This document shows, one piece after another, positions 7,532-18,159 of a stretch of 64,000 nt of DNA; the first letter of the stretch is position 1; the number at the start of each line of letters is the position of its first letter. The stretch comes from an uncultured Gemmataceae bacterium. GTDB lineage: Bacteria; Planctomycetota; Planctomycetia; Gemmatales; Gemmataceae. A program made the translations under genes and the position numbers. The stretch spans positions 3,136,001 to 3,200,000 of the forward strand of contig CAVVPN010000003.1 of NCBI GenBank assembly GCA_963750165.1, read 5' to 3'. Below the pieces are notes generated by a model, which saw only the letters and a program-made list of their open reading frames with translations, ran no database searches and had not been told where the DNA came from.

Positions 7532-10365
7532 CGCCCGCCGAACTGTACCTGCGACTGGTCCGCGACTACTGCGACTACCTCGGGGGCGTGCGCTGGTCCT
7601 TCAAGGACGACGCCCTGGAATACGGCGACGGCCTGACGTTCGCGCTCACCGAGGAGGTCGCGCTGTTCCTGGAGGGTTTCGCCTCCCGCGGCGGCCGGCT
7701 GATCCATTTCGCATTCTTGCTGAACCTGATGCACCTGTTGCGGCACACGCATCGGCCGGCGGGACCGAACGGGCTGCCGCTCAGCAGCGTTTTCATCGAC
7801 GCCGGCCGGCCACTGCGCAACGCCGGCGCCTTCTGCGCCGCCCTGTGCGGCGACGTGCCCGACGCCACCGGCCGGCCCGACGCCAGCGCCGTCCTGGATC
7901 GGTTGCGCAATCCCCTGCGGCCCATCCGCTGGCACATCGTCAGCTTTCACGACACCTTCTTCCCCGCCGAGGTGCCGCCGCTGGACCCGGTCACCTTTGA
8001 GGCGCTGGTGCTGAAGCGCCTGGAGGCGTACACGGCGGAGGAACTGTGGCAGTGGCTGCGGCACGGCTGCGGCCCCGTCAAGCAGGCCGGCGCCGCCCTG
8101 GCCCGCGCCCTGCCGCCGACGCGGACCCTTGCCGGCGCCCTCGCGGCGCTGCTGGAACGTCCGCGCCTGGCCGGCGCCCGGCCGTTCGTCTCGCAACTCA
8201 TCAGCGCGCTGACCCTGCCGCCGCGGCGCGTGCCGCCGGAGTTGCCGCTGGGCGGCTACGCCGACGTGACCACGCGCGGCCATCCCGATCAACTGCTGCC
8301 GAGTCAATTCGCCCTGGACGAGTGGGATTTTCTGCGCCGCCACGCTGACAACGAGTTGCTCTACTTCCGCCGCGAGGAGCCGCACGCCCACACGCGCTAC
8401 GAACTGGTCGTGCTGCTGGACCAGGGCGTGCGCACCTGGGGCGAGGTGCGACTGGTGCTCGGCGCCGCGGTGCTGGCGCTGGGCCGGCGGGCGGCGCGCG
8501 TGAAGTTGCCGTTCACCGTGGCCGCCACCAGCAACGGCGGCGCGACCCTTGACCCGCTGACGGCGAACGACGAGGCGCTGGGCAAATTGGTGGAGGCGAG
8601 CGACCTGTCAGCCAACCCGGGGCTGGCGCTGGAGCGGCTGCTGGAGCGCGACGCCGACCGGCCGCGCGACGTGGTGCTGCTGACGCACCCGCGCAACCTG
8701 CGCGAGGAGGACGTGACCGCGGCCGCCCGCCGCGCCGCCCCGGAAACGCGGCTGCTGGCGCTGGCGCTGGACGGTCACGGCCAGGCCAGCCTGAGCGAGC
8801 TGCGCCACGGCGTCCCGGTGCAGTTGCGCCAGTTCCGCGTGGACTTCAGCCAGGCCGCACCGCCACTGCCAACCCCGGCTCCGTCGCCCGACCGGTCCGG
8901 TGCGTGGAGCGGCGAAGTGGAGCCGATCGGCTTCCCCTTTCGAGTCGGTGCCGGCGGTGGCGTGGGTTCGGCCCTGTTCGACTTCGACCACACCGGCCGC
9001 TGGCTGCTCATGGCCGGTGCGGACGGCATGCTGCACCTGTGGAAGCTGGACGGCAGCGGGCGAGGGGAATTGTTGCCGCGGGCCATCCTCGGGCAGCAGT
9101 TGCTGACCAAATTGGACACGGTCATCGGCGTGTTCGGCGGCTTCGTGGCGTCCGGTGGCGACGCGCAGCACTACCTGCTCGCCCATTACGACATCGACCG
9201 GCGGACTTGTAAGTGCTATAACCTGACGGGCCTGGTCGAGCCCGGTTCGCAATCTCATGCCTGGTATTACTCGCCGGAACACCATGCTGTGGTGCCGTGC
9301 GTTCCAGATCGCGTGCCGGTCATCGCCCTGGACCTGAGTCACGGTGCTTTTTACCCCGTGCAGTTCAATTTGCAGGGGCAGCACGCAGTACGGGCGCGGC
9401 AAGCCCGAGACGCCGTGGAGCAGGGGCACCTGACCCCCCGGCGGCTCGCCTGTGTGAACGGCGTCGCCGATGTCCGACACCGCCCCAGGCATGGCTGCGC
9501 CCTGGACGCGGAGTCCGGCCGGCTCGACGTGTTCGGCTTTCAACCGCCCTGGAACCTCTTTGTGCCACTCGCCGACGGCCATCCATTCCTGAAGGGCTGC
9601 ACGCTTCTGGAGGCGGAGTGCCGCGGCAACGTGCTGGCCGTGAAGGTGCTTCGCCGCGACGGCGGCGTGCGGCTGCGGTTGTTCCAGGGGCCGCACGGGG
9701 TGCCGCTCGCCGAGTACAACGTCGCCCACCAGCAGCACACCTTCGCGCTGTCGGCCGATGGCGCACGCCTGGCGCTGCAGGTCAGCGGCTGGGGCGTCGA
9801 GGTCCGCGACATCGCCGGCCGCGTCGTGGCCATCGTCGCCAGTCGCGCGAACAACGGGTCATTCCAGATCGAGTTCCTGCTCGGCGAGGACTGGCTGGTG
9901 TTGCGCAAGGGCCGGTCCAACGTGCATCTGTTGCGCTGGCACCGCGGCACGCTGGAGCTGCGTCAGTGGTTCAGCAACGGCCAGTGCCGCTCCGACACGC
10001 CCATTTTGGAAGACGCCGAGACGATGACGTTCCTGCGTAACGCACTCGGCAGGCCACCCCACAAAGGTGCGGCCGGCAAAGCGGCGGCGGTCCCGTCCTC
10101 CGTGCAGTATGACCGCGAGCGCTTCGTGATGGCGGCCCGGTTCGGCCTGAGCGTCATCCTCGATCGCTACGGCCAACTGGCGGTGTTCGACCGGCAGGAA
10201 AAACTGATCTGCATGTTCTTCGTGTTCCGCGATCAACTTTCCGGTTGGCTACCGGACGGCACCTGCTTCGGGCCGTCCACCGCCGCCAATCGGCCGCCGA
10301 CGCCCGGCGATCTGGAGAAGTTCGGCAAGGCCCTGGCCGCGGCCCCGTCGGAGGTGACGCCGTGA
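7528..10365 (+). CDS. bpX0-like N-terminus + vWA domain + beta-propeller-like C-terminus (ternary system core)
   Basis: 'PLGGYADVTTRGHPDQLLPSQFA...NELLYFRREEP' is a ViaA-like pre-vWA segment; vWA strand 'LVVLLDQGVRTWG' has a degenerate MIDAS; WD-like 'FDFDHTGRWLLMAGADGMLHLWKLDG'. Confidence 0.8.
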   Translation: MTPAELYLRLVRDYCDYLGGVRWSFKDDALEYGDGLTFALTEEVALFLEGFASRGGRLIHFAFLLNLMHLLRHTHRPAGPNGLPLSSVFIDAGRPLRNAGAFCAALCGDVPDATGRPDASAVLDRLRNPLRPIRWHIVSFHDTFFPAEVPPLDPVTFEALVLKRLEAYTAEELWQWLRHGCGPVKQAGAALARALPPTRTLAGALAALLERPRLAGARPFVSQLISALTLPPRRVPPELPLGGYADVTTRGHPDQLLPSQFALDEWDFLRRHADNELLYFRREEPHAHTRYELVVLLDQGVRTWGEVRLVLGAAVLALGRRAARVKLPFTVAATSNGGATLDPLTANDEALGKLVEASDLSANPGLALERLLERDADRPRDVVLLTHPRNLREEDVTAAARRAAPETRLLALALDGHGQASLSELRHGVPVQLRQFRVDFSQAAPPLPTPAPSPDRSGAWSGEVEPIGFPFRVGAGGGVGSALFDFDHTGRWLLMAGADGMLHLWKLDGSGRGELLPRAILGQQLLTKLDTVIGVFGGFVASGGDAQHYLLAHYDIDRRTCKCYNLTGLVEPGSQSHAWYYSPEHHAVVPCVPDRVPVIALDLSHGAFYPVQFNLQGQHAVRARQARDAVEQGHLTPRRLACVNGVADVRHRPRHGCALDAESGRLDVFGFQPPWNLFVPLADGHPFLKGCTLLEAECRGNVLAVKVLRRDGGVRLRLFQGPHGVPLAEYNVAHQQHTFALSADGARLALQVSGWGVEVRDIAGRVVAIVASRANNGSFQIEFLLGEDWLVLRKGRSNVHLLRWHRGTLELRQWFSNGQCRSDTPILEDAETMTFLRNALGRPPHKGAAGKAAAVPSSVQYDRERFVMAARFGLSVILDRYGQLAVFDRQEKLICMFFVFRDQLSGWLPDGTCFGPSTAANRPPTPGDLEKFGKALAAAPSEVTP

Positions 10366-13122
10366 AAACGCCCTTCCGCCTGTGGCGCCGGCCTGTCCCC
10401 GAGGCCGCCACCGCGCTGCTACTGCCCACGCACGACGCCGCGGCGCTGGCCGCGCTGTGCGTCCGCCTCGGCCTCGACCCGCTGCCGCCGGTGTTCGCCG
10501 TCGCCGACGGCTTCCTGCTGAAACTGCCGCGGCCGCGCGCCGAACCGCTCGGCGGTGTGGTGCGGCTGCGCGCCTGGCGGACCACCTGCTGCTGCCCGTG
10601 GACGCCGACCTGGCGCCGGCGCTGCTGGCCGACGAGGCCGCTGATCTTGTGAAGCGCCGCGGCCTCGTCTTCCTGCCCGGCGGCCGTGTCCTGGCGTTCG
10701 ATCCGGGACAACCGCTCCCGCTCTCAGCCGTGGTCGTGGCCTGGTCGGGAGACCCGGCCACAACAAAAGGGGTACGGCGCGGCGTCTGGCAATCGCTGCC
10801 GGAGCCGCCGCCGCTGGCGGAGCGCCTCACGGAGATCACGCTGGAGTTGCCTGAATTGCCGCCCGACGATCTGCTGGCCGCCGGCGCCGGCGACATCGGC
10901 AGCGAGGCGCCACAACCGGACACCGGCCTGGCGTCGCAGGCGCTGGGCCACGCGGCCTTCGGCGCCGGCAAGGCGCTGGCGTGGCTGGGCAAAATGCTCG
11001 GCTCGAAAAACCTGGCGAAAAAGGGCATGGACTGGATGGAGTCCGGACTGCACCAGGCACCGAAGCTGGCCGATTCGGTGCTGGGCAAGCAGGAGGCGGC
11101 CCTGCGGGCCCTGCTCAGCGCCCTCCGCAGAGGCGACGTGGAGAAAGCGCTGCGGCGGGCGCTGCCGCTGGGCGGCGACGGCGGCCGCGGCGCGCGTCCC
11201 GTGGGCGGCGCCTGGCTGCCGTTCCAGAACCTGCTGTATTCGCTGTCCAACCTGCTGGGCAGCAGCGGCGGAGGCGGCGGCTACTGGGCCGCCAGTCACG
11301 ACCTGTACCGCGCACTGGAGGCCGAGTATCGCAAGCAGGCGGAGCTGGCGGAGCGGCGCGGCGACCATCGCCGGGCGGCGTACATCTATGGCAAGTTGCT
11401 ACACGACTACCGCGCCGCCGCGGCGGTGCTGTCGCGCGGCGGCCTGCACCGCGACGCGGCCACGCTCTACCTCAACCGCCTCGACGACGCGCTGGCCGCG
11501 GCCCGCGAGTACGAGGCTGCGGGCGACACCGACAAGGCGCTGGCCCTGTACCGCAAGTGTGGCGAGCACCTGCTGGCCGGCGACCTGCTGCGCCGCGTCG
11601 GCGACGAGGACGAGGCGCTGACGGAGTACCGCCGCGCCGCGGACCAGGCGGTAGCGACCGGCAAGGGCCACTATCAGGCGGGCGAGCTGCTGCGGACGCG
11701 CGCCGGCCGTGAGGACCTGGCGGTGCCGTACTACGAGCAGGGCTGGGCGCTGCGGCCGGCCGGCAGTGCGGTGCCGTGCGCCGTGCGGCTGGCGCAATGG
11801 CACGCCCGCGCCGCCGCCGTGGCGCCGCTGCTGGCCCTGGCGGCGGAGGCGGACGAATACCTGGGGCCGCGCGGCAACGACGGCCCGGCCGGTGAGTTTT
11901 ACAACGAACTGGCCCGATTGGCGGACCAGCACTTCACGGGCCCCGACCGCGACGACCTGCGCGACCTGGCCCTGACGCGCATCGCCGGCAAGCTGCGGCA
12001 GCGAGCCGAGGCGGGCCTGGCGACGGCGGACCTGGTTTCGACCCTGCTCGGCCAGGCGCCGCATTGGGCGCCGGCTGTGGTCAGTGACGCCCAGTTCGCG
12101 CTGCGGCGCGGCCGCGCCCCGTGGCGCCGGCCACTCCCGCCGTCAGTTCCATCACGCGCGTGACCGTCCAGGCGCGGACGCGCCTGGTGACGGCCGTCTG
12201 TCAGTCAGGCGACGGCGCCGTCGTCCTCGGCTTCGCGAGCGGCGAGGTGATCCGTTTCCGGCCGAAGACGGGCGAGGTGTCCACGGTCTGGGACGAGCAC
12301 AGCGCCGTGCTGTCGCTGGCGACCGGCCAGGACGGATCCTCCTTGTTCGTCGTCGGCGCCTGCGGCGGCGGCGTGGTCAACGTGACGAGCCTGGACGGAC
12401 AGGGACGGGAGCCGCTGACCCGGCGTCTGGTGAAGGCGACGGACGCCGCCTGGCTCTGCCCCGAAGCGCTCGGCGACGACCACCGCGCCGTCGTCGGCCT
12501 GTGGACCGGTTCGGGGGTGCGCTTCCTCCAGGCCGGCGACCTGGCCTCCCTGGACAACTGGGAATTCGCTCGCGGCTGCGTTCCCTGTACGGCCGGCGTG
12601 CTTTTGCCCACATCGCGGAACCAGCCGAGCGGCGCCACCCTGCTGGCCTTCGTCGGCCACCACTTCGCCTGTTACGAGCACGCCGTCACCTCAGAGGACA
12701 CGTTCGATCTGCAGCCCGGCTGGCAGCCGGCGGTGCCGCACGGCGGCAGTCTGCGCCGGCCGGCGCTGAACTGGCTGCGGCGTGGCACGGCTGGCGTCGA
12801 GGTCACCGGCATCACCGCGGAGGGTCAGGTGTACGCCTCGGAGGTGCGCTTCGAGGACGACCAGTTCCGCGTCGGCAGCGCCGCCACGGACGGCAAGCCG
12901 CCCTACCTGGCCGCCGCGTTGCTGCGTCCCGGCCTGGTCGCGGCGGTGACGGCGAACGCCATCGTCCGCCTGCGCCGTGAGGGGAGCAACTTCCGCATCC
13001 TCGCCCGCACCGACGTGGCCCTGGCGTGGCCGGTGGCCTGCTTCGCCCACCACGGGACGCGCGAGTTGATCGTCGTCTGCTCCGATGGCACGCTGGTCCG
13101 CGTGCCGATCGCCGGCTATTAA
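10362..13122 (+). CDS. Ternary system bpX-like N-terminus + TPR repeats + C-terminal beta-propeller-like domain (about 920 aa after repairing two frameshifts at ~10573 and ~12105)
   Basis: GTG overlaps the previous stop. VKTPFRL..GVVRLRA continues as LADHLLLPVDA after adding one C; TPR region 'RRAAYIYGKLLHDY...AAREYEAAGD.DKALALY'; joins ORF 12121-13122 after adding one G. Confidence 0.75.
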
Positions 13123-13140
13123 TTCAACGCGATGGTCGCG

Positions 13141-13195
13141 CGTAGTACCACCTTCGGGCGGTTTGGAACGAAGACCGCCGGAAGGCGGTACTACG
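13141..13195. repeat. GTAG-type REP-like inverted repeat between convergent genes
   Basis: CGTAGTACCACCTTCGGGCGGT ... ACCGCCGGAAGGCGGTACTACG imperfect stem-loop. Confidence 0.75.
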
Positions 13196-13210
13196 AACGA
13201 AGAGGGTCGG

Positions 13211-15697
13211 TCACTCGCGCCGCGCCTGTAGCCGCTCCAGGCTCGCCCGCGCCTCCTGGCCCAGCCGCGCCGCCGCCTCGGACTGGTGCGCCTCCAGCAG
13301 CGGCCGCACCTCCGCCGTGCCGATCAACTCCAATACCTCAAACGCCCGCAGCGTCCGCAGCTGGCCCTCCGACAGCGAGGCCGACTCCAACTTGCCCAGC
13401 ACCATCTGCAAGCGCCGCTGCATCTCCGCTGAGGTCGGCTGCGCCAGCCGCTGCCGCAGCAGCGGCTCCGCCAGGTCGCTCCACTGCGTCAACTCCGCCG
13501 TCGCCTGGTCGCGCACCTGGAACCGCTTGTCGTCCAGGTCGCTCAGCAGTTTCGCCAGCCGCTCGGCGGACTGCACCGGCAGCGGCCGCAGACGCTGGCC
13601 CAGGTACTCGACCGCCTGCCGTGGCGCCGCCACCAACCGCCGCACCGCTGCGTGCGCCCGGTCCGCCTCGGCGCTGCCCAGGTCCGCCCACAAGCGCTCC
13701 AGCTCCGCCGCCGGCAACGGCCCCGGCCGGGCTGGGCCGCTCATGTCCCACACCAGCAGCGTGCTGTCCGCGCCGCCGGTCACCAGCGTGTGGCCGTCCG
13801 GCGCGAACGCCAGGCAGCGCACGCCGCCCGGGTGGCCCGCGAAACTGCGCCGCTCGCGCAGCGTCGCCACCTCCCACAGCCGCACCGCCGCGTCGCCGCC
13901 GCCCACCGCCAGCGTTCGCCCGTCCGGCGAGAACGTCACCTGATAAAGCCGTGCCTGGCCGCCCGTGATCCGGCCCAGTTCCTTGCCGGTTGCCGCGTCC
14001 CACAGGAACACCGTTCCCTGCCAGTCGCCGCTGCCCGCCGCCAGCACCCGGCCGTCCGGCGACCACGCCACCGCCTTGATGGCGTCCTCGTGCGTGCCGT
14101 AGCGGCGCACCTCCGCGCCGGTCGCCACCTCCCAGTGGCGCACCGTGCGGTCCAGGCTGCCCGTAATCAGCGCCTTGCCGTCGCGGCTGAACGCCAGCGT
14201 GGTGATGCGGCCGTCGTGACCCTTGCACAGACACTGCGCTTTGCCCGTCTTCACGTCCAGGAGCGTCACCTGGCCGTCATCGCCGCCGATTGCCAGATGT
14301 TTGCCGTCCGGCGTGAACGCCAGCGCCGTCACGCGCTGGTCGAGCGAACTGTCGTTGTCCTCCGGCCACGGCGGCGGCAGCGGCTTGCCGGTGGCGGCGT
14401 CCCACAGCCGCGGCAGCTTTTCCTTCTCGCCGCCGGACGCCAGCACCTTGCCGTCCGGCGCGAACGCCAGGCACAACACCGCCCCGGTGTGGCCAGCGCA
14501 CACGCGCACTTCCTTGCCGGTCGCCGCGTCCCACAACCGCACTTCCGTGTCCCGGTCGTTGGCGTCGCCGCCCGCGGTCGCCAGCAGCTTGCCGCCCGGC
14601 GCGAACGCCAGCGCCCGCAGCGGACTGCTGTGGCCGCGCAACGGCCGCACGTCCGCCCCGGTCGCCACGTCCCAGACGTGCAGCGTTTGCGCGTCGGCGC
14701 CTGCCAGCGCCAGCCGCCGGCCGTCCGGCGAGAACGCCAGGCCGTTCACCCAGCCCTGATAGCCCGTCAACTGCCGCACCAGCTTGCCGCTGGGCGCGTC
14801 CCACAACCGCACCTCGCCGTTCATGGTCGCGCCTGCCACCAGCTTGCCGTCCGGCGAAAACGTCAGCGACAGGCCGCCGTGCGGTTGCTCGAACTGGCGG
14901 ATCACCTTGCGCTGCGCCAGGTCCCACAGCCGCACCGGCTCGAACGGGTTGCCCGACACCAGCCGCTTGCCGTCCGGCGAAAACGCCACCGACAGCACAC
15001 CGCGCTCATGGCCGCCCAGCCGGTATTGCTGGACGCCGGTGCGCGCGTCCCACAGATGGATGGATTTGTCCTCGATCTCGCCGCCGACGGAGGCCAGCTC
15101 CAGCCGGCTCGGCGACACGTGGATGGCCGCGGTCGAGCCCAGGTGCTTCCAGCCGTGAACCGGCCGGCCCGTGGCCACCTCCCAGTGAACCACCTGGTCG
15201 CAGCCAATCGACAGCAGCATCTTGCCATCGGGGCTGAACGCCAGCGTGTACGCGGGCTGCTTGTGGCCCTCGAAGCGGCTCAGTTCCTTGCCCGTGGCCA
15301 CGTCCCAGATACGCACCGCCGTGTTGCCGCCCTTGCACGGGTCGCCGCCGGCCGCGGCCAGGTGCTTGCCGTCCGGCGTGAACGCCAGGGCGTAGAAGTC
15401 GGTGTCCGGTTCGTGGAACTGCCGCAGCTGCCGGCCCGAGTCGGCCTCCCACAGTCGCACCGTGCGGTCGCGGCCCAGCGACGCCAGCGTTTTGCCGTCC
15501 GGCGCGTACACCAGGGCGCACACGCCGTCGCCGTGACGGTAGCGGATGGTGCCCAGCCGCCGCAGCGCTTCGGCCGGCAGCGGGTCGCCCAGGTCGTCGG
15601 TGGCGATCGGGGGACCGGGCAACTGGGCCGCGGCGACGGGCGCGGCGCCGAGCAGGGCCAGCGCAGCACAGAACAGGCGGGTCGATAACCGGGACAT
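13211..15697 (-). CDS. Secreted WD40-repeat protein with C-terminal HEAT-like helical domain
   Basis: Start MSRLSTRLFCAALALLG (signal peptide, GGAGGGG RBS); 'TDDLGDPLPAEALRRLGT.RYRHG' motif; many WD40 repeats; 'LWADL...LDDKRFQVRDQAT..LRTLRAFEVLE' tail typical of Gemmataceae paralogs. Confidence 0.9.
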   Translation of the reverse strand: MSRLSTRLFCAALALLGAAPVAAAQLPGPPIATDDLGDPLPAEALRRLGTIRYRHGDGVCALVYAPDGKTLASLGRDRTVRLWEADSGRQLRQFHEPDTDFYALAFTPDGKHLAAAGGDPCKGGNTAVRIWDVATGKELSRFEGHKQPAYTLAFSPDGKMLLSIGCDQVVHWEVATGRPVHGWKHLGSTAAIHVSPSRLELASVGGEIEDKSIHLWDARTGVQQYRLGGHERGVLSVAFSPDGKRLVSGNPFEPVRLWDLAQRKVIRQFEQPHGGLSLTFSPDGKLVAGATMNGEVRLWDAPSGKLVRQLTGYQGWVNGLAFSPDGRRLALAGADAQTLHVWDVATGADVRPLRGHSSPLRALAFAPGGKLLATAGGDANDRDTEVRLWDAATGKEVRVCAGHTGAVLCLAFAPDGKVLASGGEKEKLPRLWDAATGKPLPPPWPEDNDSSLDQRVTALAFTPDGKHLAIGGDDGQVTLLDVKTGKAQCLCKGHDGRITTLAFSRDGKALITGSLDRTVRHWEVATGAEVRRYGTHEDAIKAVAWSPDGRVLAAGSGDWQGTVFLWDAATGKELGRITGGQARLYQVTFSPDGRTLAVGGGDAAVRLWEVATLRERRSFAGHPGGVRCLAFAPDGHTLVTGGADSTLLVWDMSGPARPGPLPAAELERLWADLGSAEADRAHAAVRRLVAAPRQAVEYLGQRLRPLPVQSAERLAKLLSDLDDKRFQVRDQATAELTQWSDLAEPLLRQRLAQPTSAEMQRRLQMVLGKLESASLSEGQLRTLRAFEVLELIGTAEVRPLLEAHQSEAAARLGQEARASLERLQARRE

Positions 15698-15864
15698 GAG
15701 GATACCCCTCCCTGGGTGGACGGTGAGGCGGACGGAGCGCGACGGGAACGGACGCGAAAGCGGGGTGCGGTGCGGGGTGTGGGTCGCGAGCGCGGCTCCA
15801 GCGGCGGCGAACGGTGCGACGGACGCCCGGCCCGGGGAGGGGCCGGCTGCCGGGCCGCTAATAA

Positions 15865-15904
15865 ACGGACTTTCGCTAAAGAAAACAAGACGGATTTTGG
15901 CTAA
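15865..15904. promoter_or_regulatory. AT-rich 15-bp direct repeat upstream of the WD40 gene (putative operator)
   Basis: ACGGACTTTCGCTAA (15865-15879) and ACGGATTTTGGCTAA (15890-15904); 13/15 identical, 25-bp period. Confidence 0.45.
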
Positions 15905-15933
15905 CGCCGCGCCGCTCACCCAATTCCAGAGGC

Positions 15934-18146
15934 TCACCCTGCCGCGGCGGTGTCCAGCGGCCACAGGACCGCCGTGCCGTCGCCCATGCCGGACGCCAGC
16001 TGCCGGCCGTCCGCCGAAAACGCCAGACAGCCGACGTAGCGCGGGAACGGCGGCGCCGCCCACACCTCGCGCCCGGACAGCACATCGAAGACGCGGACCG
16101 TCTCCGGGCCGGGTTCCTCCTCGTCGCCGAGGTAGTAACTCCGCGCCGCCAGCAAACGCCCGGCGACGGTCCACATCAGTGCGCACCGGCCAGTGAACTC
16201 CTCGGGGTCATGCGTCGGCGGCAACGAAAACACCAGCGGCAGCGTCGGGCCCTGAACCGGCCCGACACACACGTCGCCGTGCTCGGTGAGCAGGGCGAGG
16301 TTGCGTCCGTCGGGCGCGAACGCCAGCCGGCCCCAGGGCCACAAATCGTAGTTGGAATATTTTTTGCCAGCGACGGCCGGGATCAGCAGCCGGTGGTGCC
16401 CCGCCCCCGACAGATCCCAGACGTGGAGCGCGGTATCGCTCCCCACGGCGGCAGCGAACCGCCCGTCCGCGGACGCCACCACCTGCTTGACCATTCCCTG
16501 GAAACCGCTCGCCAGCCGGTCCCGGCGGCCGTCGCGCAGGTCCAGGACGTACAGCCCCTCCTGCTTCGTCCCCACGAGCAGGGATTCGCCGTCGGGCAGC
16601 CACGCCAGGGCGGTCACGTTCCGCTCCTCGAAGCTACGGGCCTCCCCCGTCCGCCAGTCCCAGGTGAGCACGTCGCCTTGCGGTTCATTTCGGAACCAGG
16701 GCCGGCGCGCGCAGGCGCCGCCGCGGCCGTCCGGCGCCAGCGCCAGCGTCTCCGACCGCAATTTGTCCTGTCCCTCAATGTGTTGCAGGAACTCGCCCCG
16801 CGCTCCCCAGAGCATGACCTCGTCGGCGGTCGCCGTGGCCACCCGGCCGTCGGGGGTGAAGGCCACGGCCCGCACGTCGCTGGTGGAGTGCCGCTCCGGC
16901 GGCGAGACGTCCGTCATGCTGGCCATGTCCCACAGGCGGAAGCGGCCCTGGCTGTCCGTCACGACCCAGCGCAGGTCCGCCGAGATCGTCGGGTGGCTGA
17001 AGCGCCCGTGCCAGTGGGGGCCGACCGGGATGCGCCGCACCTCCTGGCCGCTGACCAGGTCCATCAGCCTGAGATGATCTTTGCCGCCCACCAGCGCGTT
17101 ACGGCCGTCCCCGGCCAGGGCGAGGGGGATGGCGTCGCGGAAGCCGGCCGCATGGATCCGTTCGGCCGACCGCACCCCGGCCTGCACGTCCCACAGCCAG
17201 AGTTCGCCGTCCTCCGCGCCAGCGACGAGGCGTCCGTCGGCGAGAAAGGCGACGGTGAACACCCCGAACGCATGGCCGCCCAGCCGCGCCACCTCGCGGC
17301 CCGTGGCGAGCTCCCAGCACCAAACCCGGCCGCGGGAGTCGAACACGTGATGTTTGCCTTCGAGCCACGTCTGATTCCCGGCGGGCATGGATTTGCGCGT
17401 ACAGAGGGTCAGCAGTTGCGCCAGCATATCCCTGGCCTCGGGGGCGTCCGCTTCCAGGAGAATCTGCTCGGTGGCCCCGACCGCCAGCAGCCGGCCGTCG
17501 GCGGAGAACGCGACGCAGTTGAACAGGTCGGATCGCTGCGGGATCAGGTGGTCCGGCCAGAGCGGGAGTGGGCCGGCCTCGAACCGTGCCACCTCCGCGC
17601 CGGTCGCGACCTCCCACACCAGGGCCACGCCGTGGTGCATCCGCGCCCGGCGAGCAGCCGGCCGTCGGGGGAGAACGCCAGGCCGGCCGCCCCGAACCGG
17701 GGCTCGCCGAGAGCGCGGACCAGGGCGCCGCTGTGCGGGTCCCAGAGCTGGAGTGCCTCGGCCGTGGCCGTGGCTAGCAACCGGCCATCGGGGGAAAAGG
17801 CAATCTCCGCACTGGGGCCTACGAAGCCCACGCGCCAGCGGCGGAGCAGGTTGCCGCCGGGCACCTCCCACAAACTGATCGACTCGTCATCCTTGCCCAG
17901 GGCCGCCAGCAGCGTGCCGTCCGGCGAGAAGGCCAGATTGCTGACGCCCTCGTTGCCGCACTCGGCGTGGTGCCAGAAACGGGTGTTGCCGAACCGCACG
18001 GCGGCGCCGGGCGGCAGGGCGTCTTGCGGGTGCAGCGGGAGCGGCACGGCCGGGGTGGCTGCCGCGGCCACGTTGGTTTCGCCCGTCAGGCCGACCGCGG
18101 TCGCCGCGCCGGCCAGGACGGCCTGGTGAAATTGTCGCCGGTCCAT
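15934..18146 (-). CDS. Tat-signal WD40-repeat protein (about 737 aa; frameshift at ~17647)
   Basis: MDRRQFHQAVLAGAA twin-arginine-like signal; 'DALPPGAAVRFGNTRFWH'; WD40 repeats continue in ORF 15934-17871 after adding one G (FSPDGRLLAG/ARMHHGVALVWE). Confidence 0.8.
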
Positions 18147-18159
18147 CGCGCTCCCCGTT

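Noticed and set aside
10362..13122. Programmed frameshifting or pseudogenisation of the ternary TPR gene
   Set aside because: No slippery heptamer seen; the same single-base loss pattern hits housekeeping genes, so assembly error is more parsimonious.
13652..15688. Long opposite-strand ORFs such as 13652-15688, 16210-18129 and 37261-39141
   Set aside because: They lie antisense to well-supported genes and are expected from stop-codon scarcity at high GC.
15698..16186. N-terminal extension of the 991-aa ORF 13211-16186
   Set aside because: Overlaps the upstream WD40 gene and an AT-rich spacer; the signal peptide and RBS support ATG 15697.
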